Below are positions 37,545-49,884 of a DNA stretch of 64,000 nt, one piece after another. Under the pieces are notes generated by a model. That model ran no database searches, was not told the origin of the DNA, and saw only the letters and a list, made by a program, of their open reading frames with translations. The stretch is from Glaucostegus cemiculus (lineage: Eukaryota). Within the stretch, counting starts at the first letter, position 1. Every line of letters starts with the position of its first letter. The stretch is taken from the NCBI GenBank assembly GCA_976551045.1, contig CDPCPM010000160.1, positions 992,001 to 1,056,000 of the forward strand, given 5' to 3'. The translations under genes were made by a program, and so were the position numbers.

Positions 37545-38799
37545 GTATATATGTTTCATTAAATCTTTACCTTCATGTTGATTATACTCCCTAAGACCTG
37601 ACGTCCTGAAGTAACCAATGATTTGTTGCAGAACGATTTGCGTGTACTCTATCCTGTCAGCCGACGGTGTGCGTATTTCTCCCGAACCTTCCATACTTGT
37701 TCGATTTACAGCTGCTCTTTAAATCTGCTCCTCTGTTTGACGGTTAGTCATTCAACCTCACTGCCGTGCAGTAGCAATCAAGCAATCAAGCACATTCTTC
37801 CATGACAGAAGGGGCATTCGGCCCATTTCTTTCCCCATTATTTGTGAATGGACTGCTTCACACATACACGGCAGGGGGACAGCAGCAAACACAGGTCGCT
37901 GGATCTGCACGTCAGCACTGACTGCTATTCCACTATGCTGAAATTGTTCGACGCAGAGCCCTGTATTATTAATCCGACTTCTCTTGTTGAAATGCCACCA
38001 TCCGAACAAGAGAAACTGAAGCTGGAGAATATCACAGCCCCTCGAGCCAATTATGCTCTACAATTTGATTGTTGATTTGATCTTGGCCTCAGTTCAACAT
38101 ATCCCCCATTCTCAAAAGCCCTTCACTCCGCATTGCACCAAGGATTTTTCTCTCTCGGCCGTGAGTATGTTCAATGCTTCCAAATCCACAGAATGACAGA
38201 AGCCAAAGATTCACCGCCATTCATTACTCCTCCACACATTCTGATACAGGTGAAACCTTCTTCTGAAACATGCCCCCATGTTCAGGAGAAGTTCACTGTG
38301 GGAAACAACAACTTACCCGTCCATACCTCCTCAAAAAGAGGATTCAGGTTCAGAGACGGTGAGAGCTAACTTGAGCTGACTGAAGAAATCTGTCCAATGA
38401 CCATGAATAGCAAAATCATCCCATAGTCCAAGCTGATTCACACCTATCCATCTAGAAGGCGAGAGTGCGTCACTATCTTGTGTTATCTCCACGAATCTCA
38501 GAGACCATATGTGGAAAGATAAACGTATCGACTTAATATTCTTTCTTCAGAAATATCGTTATCTGAACATAAATAGGCCGAATATTACAATGGGAATGTG
38601 ATTGTTTCTACTTGCGGTTTGATTGACACCTCTGTGCCCAGAGCAGATAATTTGATATCTCTGTTTCAACGTCCTGTTCCCTACTGTCAAGGTGCAACAA
38701 TAAATGTGATTTCTGTCGGAATTCCCGTTCACTGAATTAGTCTATTGACCAATCTTTTATTTTCAGAATTCATATTTTGATCCGTGTTTGCTTACTTAG

Positions 38800-38849
38800 G
38801 ATGAAAGTTGCGGAGATACATCACGGGAGAGGAAAACCAGGAGTAAACA
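38800..38849 (+). CDS. Gene B exon 12, cytoplasmic exon C1 (RMKVAEIHHGRGKPGVN)
   Basis: Acceptor CTTACTTAG, donor A|GTGAGT, 50 nt; bridges phase 2 to phase 1 as required; positional equivalent in gene C (53059-53114). Confidence 0.7.
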
Positions 38850-38859
38850 GTGAGTAGAA

Positions 38860-39410
38860 AGCGTTTTCACAGCTGTCAGTATAAGACGTTGGTTGGGCCA
38901 CACTTGGAATATTGTGTGCTGTTCTGTTCACCGCAGTATGGAACGTATGTGGTTGAGTGGGGAAGAGATTCGCCAGGATGTGGCCTGGAATGGAGGACTT
39001 TAGTTCCAAGGGGAGGTTATACGCTGGGATAGTTGTCCGTGGAGTACAGGTGGCTGAAGCTAACCTTTCCAGTTTCACATAATCATGAGGTATATACTCA
39101 CTGACCTTTCCGAACGTAGATGAACGTGGATCAAGAGTAAATATGTGAGAAGGAAAATACTGAAAGGAGAAAAGAGAGGCACGTTTGTCATACAAACTGT
39201 GGTGGGTGATTGGAACTGGCTGCCAGAGGAGGTGGTTGAAATAGGTATAATCACAGCGTTCACAAAGCATTTTCATAGGTGTACGTATAGGAAAGGTAAA
39301 GAGGGATAGGATCCAAATGCAGGAACTTAGGATCAAAGTGGATGCGCATTTCTGTCGGCATGGTTTCGTCGGGCCAAATGGCCTGTTTCGCGGCTGTAAT
39401 ACTCTATCAC
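38860..39410 (+). mobile_element. CR1-clade LINE 3' fragment directly after gene B exon C1
   Basis: YKTLVGPHLEYCVLF.SP motif, WNWLPEEVV, and tail GGGCCAAATGGCCTGTTTC. Confidence 0.82.
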
Positions 39411-40020
39411 TTCATGTGACAGGAAATACAAAGGATGTTGCTGCGCAGATCCGTGGACCTCACAGAGATACTCGTATAATTCTTAGAGTCAAAACTGTGA
39501 AAGAGGCAGTCGGAATCATGAGGTGTCCTCGGATGGCTTAAACGGCTGCTGAGACGGTTATATTCCAGTGAGAAGAAGTGGCGTCAGGGGAGGTGACTGA
39601 GGGGGAATATTTCTGTATAGAGTTGCTACTGTCTGGAAAGTTGCTCCATTTTTCAGTTTGGTCGCCCGTCAGTCTTCAAGGTTGCAAGACTCTGAAGCGG
39701 AATTGAGTAGCGGTTGAGTTTGCCCGGTGAGGTCCATCTTCTGCATAACTAAAATGTACAATGCTTGACCTGGCTGTGCACTGAACTGGATCGGTGCCAA
39801 CTTCTCAAGGATAACAAGGATCTGCAAATCCTGCCACCGAGAAGGAGAAGAACAGGATCAGACCTTAAGTTGGTCAAATCTACAGGGCTTGTGCGAAAGG
39901 GGCGGAACTTATGAAATTGGTGTGATGCGCTTCCAATGTATCCAACAGGCGTTCCTCCGTAGGTGAAAACTAATATTGAATCTGTTTGCTCTGATAAATA
40001 AACGTGTTGTATTCCCACAG

Positions 40021-40085
40021 ACACCTTGGCTACGGATGTTGCAGACTCGGCACAGACGTATGAAAATATACCAAGGAATCAAAAG
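40021..40085 (+). CDS. Gene B exon 13, cytoplasmic exon C2 (NTLATDVADSAQTYENIPRNQK)
   Basis: Acceptor TTCCCACAG, donor AAG|GTTAGT, 65 nt; clear paralog at 52558-52622. Confidence 0.88.
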
Positions 40086-40754
40086 GTTAGTACAAGTGCA
40101 TCATGATGATGTTCCAATCAACATCATTTTTATATACATAACGTAGAATGTTGATGTAGAACATAAAAATAATTCCTCCTACAGCAGTTGTGGATTGGGG
40201 TCAGCAGACTGGGGTCCTTAGGAATATACATCTATAAAACTTGCATTCTTCCTTTTCATGTTCGAATTCACTCTCGTACCTCAGAACAATCTTTAACACA
40301 CGTTTGGATAAGGAACACGCAGGAATAGGAAGCCTTAAGAGGGCTCTGGGCCAAATGCGGGCAGTCAGGACATGATCGTTGGCTCCTTGGTCAGGATGGA
40401 CCAGTTGGGCCGAATGACCCGTCTCCATGCAGTAGGATTGTATCGCTCCGTGACTCTATGAATCGTTGGGAATGGTCATGATCAGGTGTAGCTCGCCAAC
40501 TGACTTCACTATCGAACTATCGTAACACTGGACTCTCTAATAATTTGGTTAATGACACTTTGTGGGTCCACATCTGTGAGCGAATTGCGAAACAAACTCT
40601 ATCTGTGTGTAGACTAGGTTTTCGGTACAAAGTTGTTTAAAGCAGCAATGGATGTGAACACTGCTTCCTTTAGGTTTCATTGGGAGGAGAGATAATGACA
40701 TTCTCTGTCTTGTCGGTTGATTCATTCGGTATTTTATTACTTTCCCATCAACAG

Positions 40755-40793
40755 AGTAGCGCTCACCCGACCGATGAAAACTCCACTTACATG
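40755..40793 (+). CDS. Gene B exon 14, cytoplasmic exon C3 (SSAHPTDENSTYM), first half of ITAM-like motif
   Basis: Acceptor CAACAG, donor ATG|GTAAGG, 39 nt, phase 0/0; paralog at 49616-49657. Confidence 0.88.
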
Positions 40794-41106
40794 GTAAGGG
40801 AATTGTGTTTTATTCTTTTGAGGTAAATACTTCTATTTTCACCGTTTCGAACCAAACCCAAACGTAAACCACTCTATCACGGGAACCCCCTTTAACACAT
40901 GGCAAGTTCACAGCTGATCCTATCTCCCACGTACACTTTCCGGCCCGATCCCCATGTACGCCGATTCACGCACTGTCCGAGAGCCTATCGGTCTCAGCGT
41001 GGAACACTCTCAACGTCTTCTCTATGATCTTATTATACACGTCTGTCAATGTCTGCTTCTGCTAATATTTGTTTGCGAATCATAACGACCTGTTCATGTT
41101 CAACAG

Positions 41107-41157
41107 GGACTGGTGTTGGAAGATCGATCACTTTACAGCGACCTAAGGAGGAATTAG
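41107..41157 (+). CDS. Gene B exon 15, cytoplasmic exon C4 (GLVLEDRSLYSDLRRN*), second half of ITAM-like motif and stop
   Basis: Acceptor TTCAACAG, TAG at 41155-41157; paralog at 49249-49320. Confidence 0.88.
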   Translation, partial: GLVLEDRSLYSDLRRN

Positions 41158-42299
41158 CGCAGAAAGTTTGTGAAGCGATACAAAATGTTGTTTAAAAAGG
41201 AAAAAATTGCATTCTTATTTCTGTCTTTGAAACATGGACTATAGAATGGACAGAAACCTGCCACAAGTTCCCTGCGACTATTATATGACAGACATCATAC
41301 AGTGTGGGCTGGAGACAGGTGCAGAGAGACAATGAACATTAGTGGAACAACTTTACTGAACCGGTCGCTGTGTAAAACTTACAACTTGACAGGAAATATG
41401 CACTTTCAGGACACCTGAGAAAGTTACGGAGCTTCCGTCGTGTTTACCTCCATCAGTTAAAACTCCACATACGTTCCGACTGAGAACCAGAACACCACAC
41501 CTGTGATGCAGAGGGATCGGTTGGTTTATGAATCGCGAGGATAACAAGACAACAAACCAAGGAAGTTTCCGCATCATAATGCCTCTATCATGTTTCCATT
41601 ACAACCGTTCTCCGTGTCACCCTCGGTTCTTCCAGTCTGTCTCGCTGTCATATCCCCTTCCAACCCTCGCCTGGTTGCCACTCACATTTCCCCCACATCA
41701 TTCCCGTACAAAGTGGATCCTCTCCCTTCTTGATGCAGATCATAGACTGGTCCGTCCTTGACCGCTTCCGCCGTCCACTTCCATAAACGAAACGAAGCGT
41801 CGAATTCAAATTGTTGGCGAACCAGACTCTGTGTTTCCATTGGCCAGGATCCTCTTAGAGCCGCTCATGTGTTGCCGCTACGCAGTCATTCCGGGTATAA
41901 TGACCCCATATTTTCTGTGTTTCCGAGGAAAAGATCGCACTCTCAGCGAAATCTGATGCAGCGTGAGTGATAATTTATTCAACACAACATCAACAGATAT
42001 TTTACTGCACAGTGTCCAGCCTCGCCTGTCTGGGCGCAGTGTTCTGACGTCTTTCTCGACAGCAATGAGAACTTGCTTTCATTACTCAGAACCATTGGAT
42101 GCTGGAACTTCCATCCTTTCTGTGTCCACCTTCCGACAAATGAGAAGACTGGAAATTCTGCTGCCATCCTCACTTCACCCTCAATGGGAGACACAGAGAA
42201 AAATGCGAATGTGAATGTCGCGTTTCCGTAAACGAAACTGGAAAGCACAACAACGAGTTCGCATGCCACAGGAAGTAAAGAGTTATTAATATAAGAAAA

Positions 42300-44180
42300 T
42301 ATGAATATAAGCAGTAGGGACAGGAAAAGGACATATGCCCTCATGACCCTTCTCCGCCATTCAATAAGATCGTGACTGATCTGGCCATGGTCTCAGCTTC
42401 ACCTACCTGCCATTTCCCCATAACCCTTAATTCCCCTACTGTGCAAAAATCTATCTAACTATGCCTTAAATATATTTGATGAGCTCGTCCCTCTGAATCC
42501 CACAGATTCTCTACTCTCGAGGAAAGCAGCTTCTCCTCACATCCGCCTTGAATTTACTCCCCCGAATCTTGAGGCTATGCCCTATAGTTCATGTCTCACA
42601 TATCAGTGGAAAAAAACTTCCTGACTGAGCACTCTTATCTCTCCCTTTCATAATATGTTTCTTTCAGATGCCTTCTTATTCTTCTGAATTCCAGGGAGTA
42701 TAGTTCGAGGCAATTCAATATCTCCTGACAGGCTGAGCCACTCAACTCGGGATCACTCCAGTGAAACTCCTGTGCACCGCCTCCAATGCCAGCAGATCTT
42801 TTCTCAACCACGGGGAGTAGAACTGCACGGAATATTCCAGGTGCCGCCTGACCAGTCCCGTGCAGAGTTCCTCCCTGCTCTTAAATGCAAACCCTCTTGC
42901 AATGAAAGCCAACATTCGATTTGCTATCTTCAAAATGTGTTAGAACTGCAAATCAACCTTTTGCAATTCATGCAATCACGTCCCCTTGCCCAAAGGCATT
43001 TTGCAATATTTCACCATTAATTAATAACCTGGTATTCTTCTTTTTCATCCTAAGTGGCTGACATCGCATTTACCAACATTGTACAACATCTGTCAGACCC
43101 TTGCCGACTCACTTCACCTATCGAGAACTTTCATTTCCTTATTGCTTGCTTAGTGGTTTTTTGTTGCTATGTAACGTTTTCATAAACTTCCAGTTTCCCA
43201 CTACTCTTGGAGACTTTGTATGCACGAGATTTCAGCTTGATGCCTTCTTTAATTACCTCAGTTTCTCAAGACTGGCTCCCACCCTCCCCCTTAACTGTCC
43301 TTGCCTTTAACGGGAATATACTTCGGTTCAGCACCATAAAATATCTCTTTGAAAGTCTTTCACTATTCCTCAATTATCCCATCATACAGCCTGCGTTTCC
43401 AGTCCTTGCTCATTCCGTTGTAGTCTCCCTTGTTCGGGGAAAATACAACGGTTTATGATTCAACTGGGGCACTCTCCAGTTCTATGTGAAATTCACTCAT
43501 GCAATGATCATTCTTTCCAAGAGAGTCCCAGACAACGTCGTTAATTTCAACAGGCTGAATGCACAGGAGCAGATCAAAGACAGCATTATTCCTCGTAGGT
43601 TCAATAACATGCTGTTCAAGGAAGCTCTTATGCATGCATTTTATGACGTCCTCCTAAATACTGCCTCGACCAAAATGATTCGCCCAATCTATGTGGAATT
43701 TAATGTCCCCATAGACACTTGCCGTTCCATTCTGACATGAATGAGATATTTCTCAATTTATTGCCTGTGCCACTGTCATGTTATTACTCAGTAGCCGAAA
43801 CACCACCGGCACCAGCGATTATTATCCTTTACTATTCCTAACTCTTCGCAGATGGACTCAATATTCTGCTCCGTTGATTTCATGGCGTCTCTCACTATCG
43901 GCCTGATCTCATTCTTATTTAAAAGCGCAAACCTACTTCCCTTTCAGATAAAGTGCCCTGACTCTCATTGTATTTTTTTATAATCCAGTAAATCCTTGTG
44001 TCCTTTGCATTTGAATTTACTGTACTCCACTCTCACTTTTCCCTTTACTAACTTTTCCTCTGGTCTCTCCTTTACTTCCCGCTTTCCTTATGCATGGATT
44101 CCCATCCCCCTGCCATATTAGTTTCAAACCGCCCCAAGAGCACTCGCAAATAATCCCCCGAGGATATTGATCCCCTCCGG
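42300..44180 (-). mobile_element. Internally deleted CR1-clade LINE (endonuclease to 3' tail remnants)
   Basis: ANRMLAFIARG...LVRRHLEYSVQF and FLEQHVIEPTRNNAVFDL...LGKNDH motifs. Confidence 0.88.
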
Positions 44181-45959
44181 GAATAAGTTGGCTTGTGTTT
44201 TGTACTTAGGTGCAAGGGGTCGATGCAATGAAGGCAACGTGATAAATGAACACAGGTACGTATTTGTATGACAACCTGGGCACTCTGAAACCTGGTCTAT
44301 TGATGAGCAGGTGGAGAACCACAGCATTGTTGGTGACAGGTTTCCGACAAGGTGGAGAAACAGGTGTTGGAATAAAAACGTGCTCATTATGAAATGGCAA
44401 GGTGCAGTATTTGACAGGCGAGTCCCTCGGCGGAGCGCTGTAAATGTTCGAGTTGCACAGGACTCAACAGCAGGTTCCTCTCACGGTTACAATACATGCG
44501 TCACTCCATTTGTATCATTAATATTAATTGCAAATAGCTGAGGCATTGGGTGTCACCCACGTACTGATGGGCGGACATCGGGCCGAGACGTTAAATCTTT
44601 CTCACTGCACACATACTGCCTGACAGGCCGAACATTCCCCCATATAGCTGACCCGTTTTCATTTATATTCCACAGTACTACCAATGTACAGTTTAGGGAC
44701 ACTGCTCTGTGCTAACTGGCTGAGTAATCCGTTCATTTTCCTGGATCTCAGACTCAGGTCCTTTACCAAGATCCACATTAGACAAAAGTATCCTCTGGTG
44801 TATTTGAAAAATGTTCACACATCGCTTACCTCTCTTCAGTTTGTACCTTTCTCAACTGCCTTTCCCATGAGAAAATAAAGCAAATAAACAATTTGTATCG
44901 GCTTGCAACGTGTTTGTCAAGTAATTATTTATTTCATCTATCCCAAAATTGTAATAAATATAACCTTCAATTGGCTCCTATATTCAGTTTTCCTCCACAT
45001 TTAAACGAACGGAATTTAGCATCCGTTGGAATGCAGACCGTTCAACGGGATATTCAAGAAGTGTTTGTGATTTCCTCCTTCCCCTCGCGTCGAAGTCCAA
45101 TCCACTTTGTGTTCAGGTCATGTCACGAGACAATGACATGAGGAAGCCATTAACTTTGCCCAGAGATTTGACAGACGACAAAATGAGATGTGCGTGAGGT
45201 CTTGTCCGAGTGAGTTGTAAAGATATCTGAAAGCTTTAGTGCTCCACACCTCGGGACAAGTAACCACCACTTGGTAATTAACTCATTAAGTAGCTTTGAC
45301 GCAAACATGAACATTGGTTGAGTTCAATCAACTAATCTCTGTGAGGGGAGAACGACAGCTGACTGGTCCATGCGCCCTGTCGACTCTTTACGAAGACTAA
45401 AGAGGATCACAAGCGGCACCGGGCTCATGACTGATTCCCCGGAATCTGCTTCCAACCCCTCCTTCGAATCATTTTTTACCCAAATGCACAATGTGCTAAA
45501 TCGAAGTGGAACAGAAGCATGTGAGAGTATAAGAAATAGAATCACGATTTGGCCACGTTGCCAATCCTGGTTGTTCCACTATTCAGCGAGCTCGTGGCTG
45601 ATCGTTCAAAGGTGCCAGTCTTGACCAGACCTGCACACACCCAATTCCCCCAAAATCCTATTTCTCTGCCTTCCTTCTAAACCACCTGCTCCTCACCCAC
45701 ACCCACTTCCCTCTCACTTCCTTCCCTTCACCGTTCCCGTCTGCAAATCCCACCTTCCTTATTTGGTTCCATGCTCCATTTTCCTTTTCTGTGAGGTGAC
45801 ATTATTTACAACCATTTCTGGCCTCTACCGATCACCTCATAGCCTCCGTCGCCATCTCTACCCTTCTATCTCCGAGCAGATCCCATCTGCCAATGACCCC
45901 TTCATACCTGGATCCACCGATCACATGCCAGCTCCTGCCTCAGTCCTTCTCCTCTTCAT

Positions 45960-47245
45960 TCTTTTTCAATCTTTTTTATTGATAACAAATCAATACAGAT
46001 TAAGATATATAACAACAATGTTTACACATGTATTATAGAAATATCAAGTAACTATCGTAGGTAATCTTAAAGAAAGCAATAAAGTTTGATACATATATAA
46101 AAGAAAGTTCCAACTCTCTCGGTTCATAAGTGTAGTGTAAAAGATAGAAAAGAAAAAGCTTTGTTATATAATTTTAAAAAAACACCAAATCAATTTTAAA
46201 AATCATAATATATAGAGTAAATTAAACCGAAAATGAATTTAAAAAAGAACAAATAAATAAAACTAGAAAAAAAAAAAACTGGGCTAAAATTTTCAATAGA
46301 AATAGAACAATATGATGTCGTCAGCTCCGTTTCTCTAAATTTAAAAAAAAAGTTAGAAAAGCGGAAACTGCATCATATGAAAGTATTGAATAAATGGACT
46401 CCAAATAGCTTCAAATTTAAGCGAAGAATCAACAGTACCACTCCTATTTTTTTCCAAATTAAGACATGATATAGTTTGGGAAAACCATTGAAAGGTGATA
46501 GGGGATATTGGATCCTTCCATTTAAGCAGAATGGCTCGTTTGGCCATCAATGTAACAAAAGCAACCATACGATTAGCAGAAGCAGGTAAATGGCCAGACT
46601 TTATCCATGGTAATCCAAAACCTGCAGTAATAGCGTGAGGTTGTAAATCGATCTTCATACATCTGAAATAATATTAAAAATGTCTTTCCAATATTTTTCC
46701 AAATAAGGACAGGACCAAAACATATGCGACAAAGAAGCCACGTTCGATTTGCATCTGTCACATGCAGGGTTTATACGGTCATAAAAACGAGCTAGCTTAT
46801 CTTTGGACATATATGCCCTGTGCACAACTTTAAACTGTATCAATGAGGATATATTAACTAAATGAAGAATTTTCTTCCAAGACTCTATAGATATAGACAT
46901 CTGGAGTTCACTTTCCCCATCATTTTTAATGTGACCGTAATGTGAATGTGACCGTATTTTCATAATTAAATCATAAACTATTGCTGCCAAGCCCTTCTGA
47001 TGGGGATTAAAACCTAAAATTTTATCAATGATTTCGTCTTTATAAAGAAACGGAAAGGAGGGTATAGTAGCGTTTAAAAAAATTTAATCTGCAAATATCG
47101 AACAAAATGTGATCTAGGTAAATTAAATTTATTATACAGCTGTTCAAAAGATGCAGAACAGTTACCAGTGAATAGATCACGAAAGCATACTATTCCCTTC
47201 CTTTTCCATAAGGAAAAATCTGTATCCGGTCTGGATGGTTGAAAA
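45960..47245 (-). mobile_element. 5'-truncated L1/Tx1-clade LINE (ORF2 C-terminus + 3' UTR)
   Basis: LIQFKVVHRAY...CDRC...LSHMFWSC..L..YW zinc-knuckle region, AKRAILLKWK, AATAAA with A-rich tail near 45960-45980, CCTTCTCCTC repeated on both flanks. Confidence 0.88.
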
Positions 47246-49248
47246 ACCTTCTCCTCACCTCTTCATCCCAGCTATCCCAACTCTGCTCTATCAGTCCAGT
47301 AGGACCTCTTCCTCTACCGTACGGCTCCATTATCTACTCAGTTGATGTGTGTGGAAGAATAGCACTTGGACAACATGCCAAATCGAAACATGGAAAATCT
47401 TTTAATTGTTTTACAGAGAAGCATTGACACATGGGAGCAGCACATTTACGAAACACGTAAAGTGAACGGAGATATGGGATGTATCGGTATTCTGCAAATA
47501 ATAAATGACGTCATGGTTTCATTAAATTGGACGGTTGCCAAACGAACTGAATCAGAGTATCTGCAAGCAGACCATAGACCGAGCTATTTGGCCCAGCGAT
47601 CAGGAACCTAAACTGGCGACAAGCACTTGATTGGATGCGTTTAAAGGCGTTTGGAATAAAACACACAATGCGGGAGATAGTCAATAGGTCAGGCAGTATC
47701 TCAGGAGGCATACCGAGATTATGATTCAGCTGGAGATAGTTTCATCAAAACCCGGTGACGTGTTCATATGAATGACTGAACTGAGGAGACACTGGCACCA
47801 GAAGGAAGGAGTGCGCTTTGCGCAATCCCATCCTCAATATCCCTCTTATTTATGCAAACACCTGATGATTATTGCAATTTGCTCTGTTACACTGAGCCCA
47901 CTTTTAACCCAAGATCATTATTTCTGTCTCCTCTGAAACCTGCAACCATGGTAGCAATGTTCTATTTCTGCCCGTGGGTTTTCCTTGTTTTACTTGAGGC
48001 CAGGGTTAGATAATGCCATATGTGTATTTGGCTCCTCATCCATCCTCTTTGGTTCCTGGACTCCTTACTTTGCAGTATTAAGGACTGAAAAACCACGTTT
48101 CTTTGCTCCTAATTTTACCAAAACCCAAGGTTAACGCGTCACTCCTGTCCATTGGAAGGTTGATCTCTGACTTCCCGGACAATTGCCCCTCCACTACGTC
48201 TACGTCAACTTTTGCCTTCCTGCCACAGGCTGAGGGCGGGACAGTGACATAGGGTAGAAGACAGGTTCGAGGCAGCTGTGATTGTGGGATCAGGCGCAGA
48301 GGATGTGATTCCCATCGTGAATGTTCACGATCTCTCGGTCAGCTGGATGTCCCCCAGAAAAATCTGCTGATGTGTTGTTCAACCCTAAAGCAACTCTCTC
48401 CTGCCGAAGGGGAAGTTCGGGACTGTAAGCCGCACATTATTGTCACCTGAGACGGGGAAGTCAAAGTCACCTGACCGCATGCAAAGCTACAGTCCGGTCC
48501 AGGCTAGAGCAAAACCGAAGCCAAGCTGACGACTTCAGAGCGACACTCTGCCATGGTTTCGGGACTGTGCGAGGGAACTGGTCAGAGACGGACCAATCAG
48601 TAATCTGGGTTAAGAGTTTCGAAGATCACATTGTATGGCAAAGTTGAGGGGGGAAATGTGGGTGGATGCGGGAAGAGTGTCTATTAGTTTATTTCCATGG
48701 GTTGTAGGGGAGTGGGGTCAGGTGAGGGAATCAAGGCAATATGACACCACAAACTCATAATCCTCAAGGATGTCTCCGTCCTGGGGATGTGCAACTGGGG
48801 AAGGATATCAGGGCGACATGCACAACAGTTGTTAGGGAAACGTGAGAGACGTATTGCACAGCGGTATCTTCCTCCATCGGTTGTCCTTCTGCCGTCACCA
48901 TTCACCAGCCAGCAATCCTCTTCTCGTCACCAACGACCTCATCTGTGTGAACAACATAGAGTTCAAGTTTATATTAACCATCTAAATTTTACCAACTTTT
49001 GTCGTCAACTGTTTTACCCAGCCACTTCATTTGTTTAATAATGCCACTGGTTCACTAACGATGATCCCGTAAAGGATCATTGACTCCCTCCATGTCCCCG
49101 CCTACCTGCAAGCCGAAAATCCTACATATTATACATCAGTTAATCATAGGCAACATGTTAGCGAGCACAACCCGGCCCCGCGTCTGTTACACAATGGCGA
49201 AACATGGAGAACTAATGGATGCGCTTCCTTTTCAAATAACATATTGGA

Positions 49249-49320
49249 TCACTTGTCAAATGATGTTCCCACATACCTCTTCAGGTCGCTGTAAACGGAT
49301 CGATCTTCCAGCTTCAGTCC
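49249..49320 (-). CDS. Gene C cytoplasmic exon C4 (GLKLEDRSVYSDLKRYVGTSFDK*)
   Basis: Acceptor TTTAACAG; TGA at 49251-49249 if the internal AG|GTATGT is not used as a donor. Confidence 0.82.
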   Translation of the reverse strand, partial: GLKLEDRSVYSDLKRYVGTSFDK

Positions 49321-49615
49321 CTGTTAAACGTGAATAAATCTCCATGATTCACAACACATTGCAACAGAATCCGTCATTGACAAAAAATAAGTTAAAGATC
49401 GTTAAAAAATACCTCGCGAGTATTTAACACTTGGACACTGAATGGAATTGAGGGACATGGGGACCAGGGCTGAAAGCGCATCTGAGACACACAGTTATGA
49501 CATTAAATGGCGGAGGAGCCTCAAGGAGTCGAATTACTGACACTTCCTTGTGTTTCTTGGTGGGTGAAATGGAAGCATTTCCTTCAAGAAGGAATGAACA
49601 AAGAAGTTCTCTTAC

Positions 49616-49657
49616 CATGTAAGTGGAGTTTCCATCTGGTGCATTCGTACTTATATT
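49616..49657 (-). CDS. Gene C cytoplasmic exon C3 (NISTNAPDGNSTYM)
   Basis: Acceptor TCTCTATCCAG, donor ATG|GTAAGA, 42 nt. Confidence 0.88.
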
Positions 49658-49884
49658 CTGGATAGAGAAAAAATATATATATTTGGCAATAACACAAAAA
49701 ATTCAATGATCTCTCCCCACACACATGTACTCCGAGATCAATGTTCACATTCTTTACTCAATAATGCACTGTTCGCTTGTTCTGAACTCCGCCTGATTTT
49801 AACACAGAGTGATAGCGAAATATTGTCTCTGAGATGGTGAAAACCTCTCAAGGCAATTACACCATTCGTGAGGCTCTAGTACTT

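Larger units (their letters stand above)
10668..41157 (+). other. CEACAM-family gene B, complete 15-exon model L-N-A1-B1-A2-B2-A3-B3-A4-B4-TM-C1-C2-C3-C4; type I membrane receptor with ITAM-like tail (950 aa if the B1 frameshift is corrected)
   Basis: Phase-1 Ig exons of 258-318 nt, alternating EPVS (A-type) and GP (B-type) starts as in CEACAM5. TM resembles CEACAM1 (GLSxxAIAGIVIGVVA). All junction phases are compatible except exon B1. Confidence 0.88.

Noticed and set aside
37428-37694. Minus-strand 88-aa ORF
   Set aside because: Antisense shadow of the gene B transmembrane exon.
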